Below are positions 6,913 to 15,459 of a stretch of DNA of 36,908 bases, in pieces. The stretch is from NCBI GenBank assembly GCA_037446815.1, contig JBBIHX010000012.1, positions 1-36,908 of the forward strand, written 5' to 3'. A model generated the notes under the pieces. The model searched no databases. It saw nothing but the letters and a program-made list of their open reading frames with translations, and had not been told where the DNA came from. Position numbers and translations under genes: made by a program. The stretch's first letter is position 1, and each line of letters starts with the position of its first letter. The DNA is from Caldilineae bacterium. GTDB lineage: Bacteria; Chloroflexota; Anaerolineae; DTLA01.

Positions 6913-8622
6913 CTACATGCTTCCGTCAATGCGGATGCGCGTGAGTTCGCGCCCGCGGGCGTCCACCACATGCACCGCGCACGCCATGCAAGGGTCAAAC
7001 GAATGAATCGTGCGCAGAATCTCAACGGGCTGCTCCGGGTCCGTTACCGGCGTGCCGATGAGCGCGGCCTCGTAGGCACCCGGCTGGCCTTTGGCATCCC
7101 TGGGCGACGCGTTCCATGTGGAAGGCACAACACACTGATAGTTGGCGATCTTGCCGTCCACAATGTGCACCCAGTGCCCCAGCGCGCCGCGCGGAGCCTC
7201 GTGGAAACCCCACCCTTTGGCCTCTTTGGGCCATGTGGCGGGATCCCACTTCTCGCCGTTGTGCACCTTGAGGTCCCCATCCGCCATGCGGGTGGCCAGT
7301 TCGTCCAGCCAGGAGATGAGTTTTCCCGCGACGACGGCGGTCTCAATACCTCGGGCCGCGGTGCGCCCCAGCGTGGAGAACAGCGCCTCCGCGCCGACGC
7401 CGAGTTTGGCGAGCACGGCGTCCACCAGCGTCTTGACCTCGGGCCGGCCCGCCACATAGGCCACCAGCACCCGCGCCAGTGGGCCCACTTCCATCGCCTT
7501 GTCGTCGTACCGCGGAGCCTTGAGCCACGAGTACTTGCCGTCCGTCTGCAAGAATTCGTAGGGCGGCCTTGGCCCCGTGTAGTTCGGCTGCGTCTCCCCG
7601 TCCCACGGGTGCTTGGACACCCCATCGCCCGCCCCGTACCGATACCATGAATGCGCCACGTACTCGGCGATCTTGGTGTGGTCCAGGGGGTGCAGGGTGC
7701 TCAAATCGCGGTTGAGGATGACCCCCGACGGGAACAGCATCGTGCCTGCCGCGTCAGGGAACTCGCCGTAGGCCAGGAAATTGCCCAAGCCCTCACCCAG
7801 CCCGGCCCACTCCTTATAGAACGAGGCCACGGCGAGCAGGTCGGGGATGTACACCTGGTCCACGAACTGCTTGGCCTTGACGAATAGCCTGCGGATCAGG
7901 GCCAGTTTGTCGGCGTTGATGGCCGTCTCGCTGTCTGGATCCAGCGTGATGGACATGCCGCCCACCAGGTAGGTCTGCGGGTGGGGGTTCTTGCTGCCCA
8001 GAATCGCGTGGACGCGGATGACATCCCGCTGCCAGTCCAGCGCCTCCAGGTAGTGGGCCACGGCCATCAGGTTGGCCTCCGGCGGGAGTTTGTACGCCGG
8101 ATGACCCCAGTAGCCGTTGGCAAACGGCCCCAACTGGCCACTCTGCACGAAGGCGGTGAGTTTGTCCTTGACGGCCTTGAAGTAGTCGGCGCTAGAGTTG
8201 GGCCAATCGGAGATGGATTGGGCCAGTTGGGAGGTCGCCACGGGGTCTGCGCGCAGGGCGCCGGTTACATCCACCCAGTCCAGGGCGTGCAAGTGGTAGA
8301 AATGAATCACATGGTCTTGAACATACTGAATCCCCGCGATGAGGTTGCGGAGGATGCGGGCGTTATCGGGAATCCGAATTCCCAGGGCGTCTTCTACGCT
8401 TCGCACGGAAGCGACGGCATGCACCGTTGTTCAGACGCCTCATATGCGCTGGGCCATGAGCCAGGCTTCGCGGGGATCGCGGCCCTTTTGGATGATTTCC
8501 AGCCCGCGGAACATGGTGCTGGAACTCCAGGCCTCGGCCACGCGCCCGTTCTCCACCTTGGCCTCAATGCGCAGATGCCCTTCAATCCGGGTAACGGGGT
8601 CAATCGCGATTCGCTCGGCCAC
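6913..8622 (-). CDS. Group 1 [NiFe]-hydrogenase large subunit, 569 aa, with two in-frame TGA codons (61 and 64) at the N-terminal CxxC ligands; predicted di-selenocysteine protein
   Basis: ORFs 8440-8622 and 6913-8424 are in the same frame: CAG CGC ATA TGA GGC GTC TGA ACA ACG GTG CAT = QRI*GV*TTVH, matching canonical QRICGVCTTVH. N-term IDPVTRIEGH and MFRGLE, KNPHP, EAPRGALGHW, C-term SFDPCMACAVH plus cleavable tail. AGGAG RBS before GTG 8622. Confidence 0.9.
8368..8427 (-). promoter_or_regulatory. Candidate bacterial SECIS-like hairpins 3' of the two TGA codons
   Basis: ACGGT-GCAT-GCCGT (8414-8427), CGCTTC-CGTGC-GAAGCG (8397-8413), GGGAAT-TCGG-ATTCCC (8368-8383). Confidence 0.55.
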
Positions 8623-8624
8623 TT

Positions 8625-9725
8625 TTACTCCTCCTCTTTCTCCTTGCTGAGACGACTGGCCGCCACCGCGCCCGCGGCGCCGACTACCAGGCCGGCAGCA
8701 GCGCCGATGGCCCCTGCAGCCGCGGGAGAAAGCCCTCCGGCAGCAGCCTCCACCTCGGGGTACGCGCTCGGTGGGGTCAACTGGTGGATGGGCACCGGCT
8801 CATAAGCAGGGCTTTCCCAGAAGTTCGGGGCGGCGCAAGCGATGCATCCGTGCCCCGCGCCGACGGGCCAACTGGTGCCTTCGTTCCAGCGGAGCGTAGG
8901 GCAGTTGTGGAATGCCACCGGCCCCTTGCACCCCATCTTGTACAAGCACCATCCCTTGCGATGGCCTTCATCTCCCCATGCCTGCACGAACTCTCCGGCG
9001 TCAAAGTGCCCGCGCCGCTCGCAGTTGTCGTGAATCCGCCGCCCGTAGGCAAACAGGGGCCGGCCCAGGTCATCCACCGCCGGCAGGCTCCCAAAGGTCA
9101 GGAAATGCACCACCGTTGCGGTCAGGTTGTCCACGTTGAACGGGCAGCCCGGCAGGTTCACGATGGGGACGCCCGAGATCACGTCTTTCACGCCCTTCGC
9201 GCCGGTGGGGTTAGGTGTTGTCGCGGGCCAGCCCCCGTAGAAGGCGCAGGCGCCCACCGTGATAACGGCGGCCGAATGCCCCGCCACTTCCTTGAGAATA
9301 TCCAGAGCCGTGCGCCCGCCGATGCAACAATAGATGCCGTCATCTGCCGTCGGTATGGAGCCTTCAACGACCGTGAGGTACCCGCCCTCGGCGACCGTGT
9401 CCGCCAAGGATTTCTCGGCGCGCTTGCCGGAAGGGGCCATAATCGTCTCGTGGTAGTTGAGGGACAGGGTATCCAGCACCAGTTCTGCGACGGTGGGCCT
9501 GTTGGCGCGGAGCAGCGATTCGGTGCATCCGGCGCAGTCCTGCATCTCCAGCCAGACCACCGCCGGGCGCTTGGCGGACTCCAGCGCCCGCGCGATCCTG
9601 GGCGTGAAACTCGCGGGCAGGGCCAGCGTCCCCGCCATAATCGCGCAGAACTTCAGGAACTCCCGGCGGGATACCCCGTGCTGAGTGAGAGCGGTTTTCA
9701 AGGGGCCTTTCTGGTGTCTCTCCAT
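8625..9725 (-). CDS. [NiFe]-hydrogenase small subunit with Tat signal and C-terminal membrane anchor
   Basis: SRREFLKFC Tat motif. DCAGCTES, VGACA, LPGCP (proximal cluster), IHDNC...CLYKMGC (distal), C...SWP...HGCIAC (medial). Hydrophobic C-terminus. GGAGG RBS. Confidence 0.95.
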   Translation of the reverse strand: MERHQKGPLKTALTQHGVSRREFLKFCAIMAGTLALPASFTPRIARALESAKRPAVVWLEMQDCAGCTESLLRANRPTVAELVLDTLSLNYHETIMAPSGKRAEKSLADTVAEGGYLTVVEGSIPTADDGIYCCIGGRTALDILKEVAGHSAAVITVGACAFYGGWPATTPNPTGAKGVKDVISGVPIVNLPGCPFNVDNLTATVVHFLTFGSLPAVDDLGRPLFAYGRRIHDNCERRGHFDAGEFVQAWGDEGHRKGWCLYKMGCKGPVAFHNCPTLRWNEGTSWPVGAGHGCIACAAPNFWESPAYEPVPIHQLTPPSAYPEVEAAAGGLSPAAAGAIGAAAGLVVGAAGAVAASRLSKEKEEE

Positions 9726-9933
9726 GTGCGTGTCTCCTCCCTGATGAATCCGCAGGCCAGCGGCGCAGCGAGGTTGGGCTGACGCTGGCCGAACGCTTTC
9801 CCGATATCAAGGCTTGACCGCGGTGGGCATCCCCCCTTCCGTATTCAAGACTGCCGGTGGCTATGTACAACACTGCGCTGTGGGTTCGCAATTCATAACG
9901 ATGATGCGCTGTTCGGGACGGAATGCTATCGCA

Positions 9934-9962
9934 ATTATAGCATGCTATACGATAAATGTCAA
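9934..9962 (-). promoter_or_regulatory. Consensus sigma70 promoter of the hydrogenase operon with overlapping palindromic operator
   Basis: TTGACA-N17-TATAAT with extended TG. Perfect palindrome TATAGCATGCTATA at 9936-9949. Confidence 0.8.
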
Positions 9963-10118
9963 TAGGTGGTGTATATTGTTCTGAAAATCGCAAACGTCGA
10001 CTTTTTTGCAAGTTGTGATTCGCGAGGCATTAGCGAGGCGCTGCAAAGCAAGGAACCCCTCACCCAGCGGCGAGAGGCTCCTCACACGCATCAAGCCCAG
10101 GGCAGGCCGCCCCGTGCG

Positions 10119-13100
10119 TCAAGGTATCTCCCAGGTGCATCCCTCGGCGGCCAGAATCCAGTATCCCTTGCCGGGCTCCAGCAGCCGCAGGTCGTTGACG
10201 AAGTCGGGCGCGCCCGGCCTGTACCGCCGCCATGTGCCGCCCCACGCGCTCGCGTCGTAGGTCATCACCGCTACGATCTTGTCGGCGATGGGGGCCAGGG
10301 CGGTCTCTGGACTGCGCGGCTCCGTGGCGGGGAACCCCACCATGTTCCACCCCGCATACAGCGGAATCTGTGTCCCGCTGGGCGGCTGGCCCTGTACCCT
10401 CAGCGTTGTCGGCGCGATGACCTTCACCCACATCCCCATGCGCTCATCCACAAACGTCAGCGAGTTGGCTCCCGGCGGCATCAGCGGGCTGTACGATTTC
10501 CAGGTTCCCGCGCTCGCGTCCCAGTAGTACACGCTCACCAAGACATCCGATATGGGCCCGAACAGCACATCTGGGTTATTGGAACTGGGCACCACGGGCA
10601 GCGAGATGAGGTTCCACCCCTCGTGAAGGGGCACGCCGGGCGTCGTGGCCGTCCCCGTAGCGGTGGGGGTGGGCGTGGGCGTATCCGTCGGCGCGGGCGT
10701 AGGCGTCCACGTTGCCACGGGCGTGTCCGTCGGCGTGGGCGTCGCGGTCGGCGTCCGCGTCGCCGTGGCCGTGTCCGTCGGCGCGGGCGTGGCGGTCGGC
10801 GTCCACGTCGCCGTGGGCGTGTTCGTCGGCGCGGGCGTCGCGGTCGGCGTCGCGCTGGGGATAGGCGTCGGCGTGGGCGTCGGCGTCCACGTTGCCGTGG
10901 GCGTGTCCGTCGGCGTGGGCGTCTCGCTGGCCACCGAATACGCCACCTGCAACAGCGGCCGCTTGGACACGTCCGGATACTCCGCCGAGGCGAATCGGTA
11001 CTCCACGGAGCCGCCCGTGGACGCGCCCCTCACCACCAGGCCGAAGTTCTCGCTCGGGTGCGTTACCCAATGCCGCACCGAATCGGAGACGTCCACCGTT
11101 ACGGCGCTGTTGGCCGCGTCCATGTGGAACGTCGTGCCGGTGGCCGTGCGGTCGTAGGTGGTTCCGTTGCAGCCATCAACTTCCCACCGCTCGCCGGCCC
11201 GCGGCTGCTGCCATGTGGCCTCCGTAGCGACCCAGGGCCGTAGCACGCGGTACACCAGCCCGTCAAACATGTTGCCGTTGCTCTGGTACGTGGCGTACAG
11301 CGTGAGCGACGCGCTGATGACGTTGGCGCCCGACGGGATGGACGACACATCAAACCGCACCAGCCCCGCCATCACGTCGTAGGTGCGGACGCTGAAGTGC
11401 GTGAGGCCCGCGAAGTTGCTCGTGGGCTGCCACTGATCCATGTACGTGTCCACGCTCCCCGTGTAGCCATTGGCGCCGAAGCGGAACGTGGCCGTCTGCA
11501 CGGGGCCGCCCGGCGTGGGCGTCGGCGGGACAGGCGTGGCACTCGCGGTATGGGTTGCCGTCGCCGACGGCGTGGGCGAAGGCGTCGCCGTGGGCTGCGG
11601 GGTGCCGGTGGGAGTGGGCGTCGCCGAGCCGGTGCGGGTCGCGGTTGGCGTCGGCGAGGCGGTGGGTGTCCGCGTGGGCGTCGCCGTCGGCCCGCCGGGC
11701 CAGTATTCTATGATGAGTTTCGGGCGGATAGAGGCGTTGGTATTCTCCGACGAGGCAAACGTGTAGCCCACCGAGTTGCCCCCCGCGTCCCGCAGCAATA
11801 GCCCCAAGTTGGTCGCGGGCACGGCTACCCAGTTCCGCACAATGTCGGTAACATCCAGGCTGACCCACACGTTCGTGATGCTGGGCGGCGGCTGCTGCAT
11901 GTCCGTGGCCGTGGCCGAGCGGTCCTGATTGGGCGGCTCCGTGCTGTTGCAACCGGCCAGGCCCCAGAAGGTACTGCTGGTGGCGCGGTTCCACGTGGCG
12001 CCCGACTCCGTCCAAGAGCGCATGACCTGATATGGGCTGAAGTAGGCCGAGCCGGCATTGCTTCGCGCCGTGAGGTAGATTTCCAGCCGCGCCGAGCCTA
12101 CCGACGCGCCCGCGGGCAGCGGCGACAGGTCAAACCGTAGCAGCGCCGAATGGATGTCCTGCCGCCCGTAGTCGTAGTTGCCGCCGCGAATGCTGAAGGT
12201 CGGCTCGTTCCCGTAGTTGGTATCCTTGGCCCACCAATCTATCAGCGTGTCGGTCGCGCCCGTATATCCATTCAGCCCCTGCTGGAGCGTGAGGACGGTA
12301 GGCGGCGTGGACGGCGTCGGCGTCGCCGTCGCCGTGGGGGCAGACGTCGGCGTGCGCGTCGGCGGCTGGCCCTCCAGGGTGTACTGGACAACGAGTTTCG
12401 GCCGCACGGCTCCGTCCTCGTAGTCGGCCCCCGCCAGGCTGTATTGCACCAGTTCGGCCATGGTGCACGTGGACTTCAGCACCAGGCCCTGGTTGTTCGC
12501 GGGGTCCAGCACCCATGCTTGCACCATGTCCGTTATGTCAAAGGTGTACCAGCGGTTGGTGTACTGGAGCCAAATCTCTTCGCCGCCGATGTTGGAGCGG
12601 TCGGTGCCGATGCCGTTGCAGCCGGGCGTGGCCCAGGGCGCGCTGCTGGTGGCGCGGTTCCAGGTGGCCTGCGAGTCCACCCACGGCCGCAGGACGGCAT
12701 AGGGCCGGGCGCACATGTAGGCGCTGTTGCTCTGGCCTACCGTGTACACCTGGAGTTGCGCGTTCAGAATGGTGGCATTGCTCGGGATGCTGCTCACGTC
12801 AAAGCGCAGGAGCGATGCGATGATGTCCCCCGAGCGCACGATGAGGATCGTGTCCCAGTTGTAGTTGGAATCGTCGCTGTAGTCCGAGATGTACGTATCG
12901 CGCACGCCGCCGTAGCCATTCAGCCCCTGCTGGAAGGTAACGGTGGTGGTGGCGGGCGTGGGGCCGGGCGTGAACGTGGGCGTCTGCGTGGGTGTGGCGC
13001 TGGGCGTGCGGGTTGGCGGGGCCGGGGGGCCCGGGGTGAAGGTCGGCGGCCGCGGCGGTGTGTTGCTCGGGGTGGCAGGGACAGGCGTCGGCGTCGGGGT

Positions 13101-14765
13101 GGACGTCGGGCCGGCGCTCCCGCTCTTGGTAACGTCCACGAAGTGGATGTACTCGTCGCCGTCGCTGCGTCCGTCAAGGTAGAAGTCGCTCCCCCCGGCC
13201 AGGCTGTTGGCAAACCGCGCGTTGGGCAGGACGAAGGTCGCTTTCTTCCACGTGAGGCTGTTGGTCTTGTATACGCTGCCGCCGAGCCGCTCGCCCGACG
13301 TGGAGTCGTAGAACAGGTCCCAGCGGTCGGTCCCGCGGTCAAAGTACGTAACGGTAACCGTTACGGTCTGGTTGCCGTTGTACAGGTACCCATCGTCCAC
13401 CTTGAAGAACATGTAGGGATTGCCGGAGGAAGCATCGGTGCGGCGGGTGATCCACGACTCCTTGCCCACCCACGAGCCGCCCAGGTTCACCCCCTGCTCC
13501 GTCTTGTTGGTGATGGCGCAACCGGAAGTGGTGGTGGGGAAGTTCAGCCCTGTGCGGTAGGTTACGACCACCGTCTTGCCGCCGGGCACCGAATCGTCCT
13601 GGTACAGCCAGAAACTGAAGTTGCCGCACTCCGGATACCACGAATAGCCCGACTCGCGCATGGCCACCCACACGCTGGGCGTGTCCTGCAACGTCCGCCC
13701 CAGGTATCGGTTGGCGAACTCCAGGATGGGGAAGTTGTAGTAGCGGATGTTGCCCTGGGCGTCCTGCAACAGCCACCCGCGCCAGTCCTGGGGCGAGTAG
13801 TCAAGGGTAAGCCAGGTGTTGTGGCGATGGAGGACGCCGAGCACGCCCCAGTAGGTCTCCTCTTCGGTCGGCGTCATGTACTGGTACGCCTCTTGTCCGG
13901 TGGGATACGTCAGGCTCCACTTGTGGATGGGGTCCACCGTCCCGCAACCCTCAAAGCCGGGCTTGTCGGGGATGTACTGCGAATCCGCGTCGGCCTGCAT
14001 CGCGGCGTGGAAGTCGCCGATGCCGTAGGTGAGCGCCGCGTAATCGGTCCACTCCTTGCGCTCGCAGATGTGCTGGAAGCGCGGCGTGCCCGGAATCACC
14101 ACGCGGGTCGTGTGGAAGGATTGGCCGTACATGTCCACAATCTGCTTGACGGTGCTGACCCACAGCGGCCCCGAAAGCCCGTTGTCGCGCATGCACTGAT
14201 CGTAGGCCTCCACGCAAGGCTGTGTCTCGCCGTACACGCCCACGCCCATAATGACGAACTCCAGGCGCGGGTCGCCGTCAAAGCGCTGGCCGAGGGCGCG
14301 CACGAAGTTGCCGTACTTCTGCAAATAGGCCCAGTGCCAGTACTTGGGAATCTGCTCCGAGCCGCAGGTCAGGACCGCATCGGGGTAGCGGCTCTGGAAC
14401 CACGAGGGGACCATCAGGCCGCCCGCCTGGCCTGCGTAGGTCTGCAAGTGCAGGGCAGCCGGCTTGCCTTTGGCCCACTGGGAGGCCAGGAAGTTCTCAA
14501 TCAGGTCCCAGCGATATTGCCCCTCGCTCGGCTCCAGTTGCTTCCAACTGAAGGTCATATGCCCGCCGACGATGGGCCATTGAGCGGGGTCCAGGTTCGC
14601 GCTGTCGCGGGCCACGTACACGCCCGGCCGGGGCGTGGCGGGGGCGGCATTGCTGCGAATGCCCTGCGCCGAACTGTAGTTCCGCCCACCCGCGCTCAGC
14701 CCGACGACGGTGAAGCACACCACCACCGCCGCAATCCAGAGAAAGCGAGATCGGCTTGTCCTCAT
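10119..14765 (-). CDS. Large secreted multidomain protein (1548 aa): GH-A/beta-galactosidase-like N-terminal domain, three DNRLRE-like domains, Pro/Thr linkers, C-terminal GWN-repeat domain
   Basis: Signal peptide [16 protein letters not shown] with [24 protein letters not shown]. Three repeats of QGLNGY.G..DT.I.../LLRFDVS/ATW/RPKL. PT-rich spacers. EGWNLISLP and AGWNMVGFP. Confidence 0.8.
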   Translation of the reverse strand: MRTSRSRFLWIAAVVVCFTVVGLSAGGRNYSSAQGIRSNAAPATPRPGVYVARDSANLDPAQWPIVGGHMTFSWKQLEPSEGQYRWDLIENFLASQWAKGKPAALHLQTYAGQAGGLMVPSWFQSRYPDAVLTCGSEQIPKYWHWAYLQKYGNFVRALGQRFDGDPRLEFVIMGVGVYGETQPCVEAYDQCMRDNGLSGPLWVSTVKQIVDMYGQSFHTTRVVIPGTPRFQHICERKEWTDYAALTYGIGDFHAAMQADADSQYIPDKPGFEGCGTVDPIHKWSLTYPTGQEAYQYMTPTEEETYWGVLGVLHRHNTWLTLDYSPQDWRGWLLQDAQGNIRYYNFPILEFANRYLGRTLQDTPSVWVAMRESGYSWYPECGNFSFWLYQDDSVPGGKTVVVTYRTGLNFPTTTSGCAITNKTEQGVNLGGSWVGKESWITRRTDASSGNPYMFFKVDDGYLYNGNQTVTVTVTYFDRGTDRWDLFYDSTSGERLGGSVYKTNSLTWKKATFVLPNARFANSLAGGSDFYLDGRSDGDEYIHFVDVTKSGSAGPTSTPTPTPVPATPSNTPPRPPTFTPGPPAPPTRTPSATPTQTPTFTPGPTPATTTVTFQQGLNGYGGVRDTYISDYSDDSNYNWDTILIVRSGDIIASLLRFDVSSIPSNATILNAQLQVYTVGQSNSAYMCARPYAVLRPWVDSQATWNRATSSAPWATPGCNGIGTDRSNIGGEEIWLQYTNRWYTFDITDMVQAWVLDPANNQGLVLKSTCTMAELVQYSLAGADYEDGAVRPKLVVQYTLEGQPPTRTPTSAPTATATPTPSTPPTVLTLQQGLNGYTGATDTLIDWWAKDTNYGNEPTFSIRGGNYDYGRQDIHSALLRFDLSPLPAGASVGSARLEIYLTARSNAGSAYFSPYQVMRSWTESGATWNRATSSTFWGLAGCNSTEPPNQDRSATATDMQQPPPSITNVWVSLDVTDIVRNWVAVPATNLGLLLRDAGGNSVGYTFASSENTNASIRPKLIIEYWPGGPTATPTRTPTASPTPTATRTGSATPTPTGTPQPTATPSPTPSATATHTASATPVPPTPTPGGPVQTATFRFGANGYTGSVDTYMDQWQPTSNFAGLTHFSVRTYDVMAGLVRFDVSSIPSGANVISASLTLYATYQSNGNMFDGLVYRVLRPWVATEATWQQPRAGERWEVDGCNGTTYDRTATGTTFHMDAANSAVTVDVSDSVRHWVTHPSENFGLVVRGASTGGSVEYRFASAEYPDVSKRPLLQVAYSVASETPTPTDTPTATWTPTPTPTPIPSATPTATPAPTNTPTATWTPTATPAPTDTATATRTPTATPTPTDTPVATWTPTPAPTDTPTPTPTATGTATTPGVPLHEGWNLISLPVVPSSNNPDVLFGPISDVLVSVYYWDASAGTWKSYSPLMPPGANSLTFVDERMGMWVKVIAPTTLRVQGQPPSGTQIPLYAGWNMVGFPATEPRSPETALAPIADKIVAVMTYDASAWGGTWRRYRPGAPDFVNDLRLLEPGKGYWILAAEGCTWEIP
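10640..10925 (-). repeat. Degenerate coding tandem repeat encoding a Pro/Thr linker (about 16-aa unit [16 protein letters not shown])
   Basis: Repeated GGCGTCGGCGT/GGCGTCCACGT blocks; translation is TP-rich. Confidence 0.8.
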
Positions 14766-14979
14766 GTCGCAATCGCTCCTGATGTCGGATGTAAAACCCC
14801 TAGTGTAGAGTGTATCCGTGTATCTTCCACGCCGCAATGGGGAAATGGTACCATGGGCGCTTCGGAGCGGGCCGTTCCGACGGTGGCGCGGCCTGCCCCG
14901 TGGGGGGCATTCACCCTCCTGTAACGCCGCGAGCCCGCGCCGAGATACGCCCTGGCGCACGCAACGGCAGTTGCAGGCC

Positions 14980-15380
14980 GTCATTGCGAGGGCGTGAGGC
15001 ACCCGAAACAATCCCACGCCCCCCATCCGCCCCATCTGTGCTATCCGTGGATAGCGGTTCTCCATTCGCGTGGATTCGTGCTATTCGCGGTTACACGAAC
15101 CGTCATTCTTCGCCGCTTCGCGGCTCAGAATCTTGCCCCCCATCCGCTCCATCCGTGCTATCCGTGGATGCAACCCTGGAGATGCTTCGCCTTCGGCTCA
15201 GCATGACAGACGGGGTCAACGTGCGACGCACCTCGGAGGTGCGTCGCACGTGAACTCCCTCACTCCACCCCTCTCCGGACGGGCGACCAGGCGCCCACCG
15301 TTATCCCGAGCGGCGAAGAATCTTATCCACCATCCGCGCCATCCGCGCTGTCCGTGGATACCCGTCCTCTATTCGCGGTT
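14980..15380. repeat. Dense cluster of mixed REP-like repeats
   Basis: GTCATTGCGAGGG...AATCCC, CTTCGCCGCTTCGCGGCTCAGAAT, TCGCCTTCGGCTCAGCATGACA, three (A/G)TCCGTGGAT-ending units, and a 33-bp palindrome at 15219-15251. Confidence 0.8.
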
Positions 15381-15397
15381 ACAATTGTGCAAGCCCC

Positions 15398-15426
15398 TTG
15401 CCAGAAACGTCGCGTTGCGCTATCAT
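15398..15426 (+). promoter_or_regulatory. Putative sigma70 promoter of yedF
   Basis: TTGCCA-N17-TATCAT. Confidence 0.6.
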
Positions 15427-15459
15427 AAAGGCAGAACTCCCGACGTTCAGGAGGCGCCC

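Noticed and set aside
5011..7650. Long antisense ORFs (879 aa here; also 12150-14924 and 30813-34109)
   Set aside because: These are shadow frames opposite well-supported genes, as expected at high GC, and show no recognisable motifs.
8431..8442. Genome-wide UGA reassignment to Trp or Gly
   Set aside because: TGA terminates several genes here at expected ends, Trp is encoded by TGG, and Trp or Gly cannot ligate Ni. Site-specific UGA-to-Cys decoding remains a less likely alternative.
6913..8622. Large subunit as a pseudogene, or as two genes (60 aa + 503 aa)
   Set aside because: Both stops are TGA, in frame, and fall exactly on the two ligand Cys positions. There is no other lesion in the operon, and the 503-aa product would lack essential ligands. 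Pseudogene status is not formally excluded without reads or homologues.
14766..15065. First 100 aa of the 1648-aa ORF
   Set aside because: It runs through repeats. The signal peptide and RBS point to ATG 14765.
14980..15380. CRISPR array
   Set aside because: The repeats are heterogeneous, irregularly spaced and dispersed across the window, and there are no cas genes.
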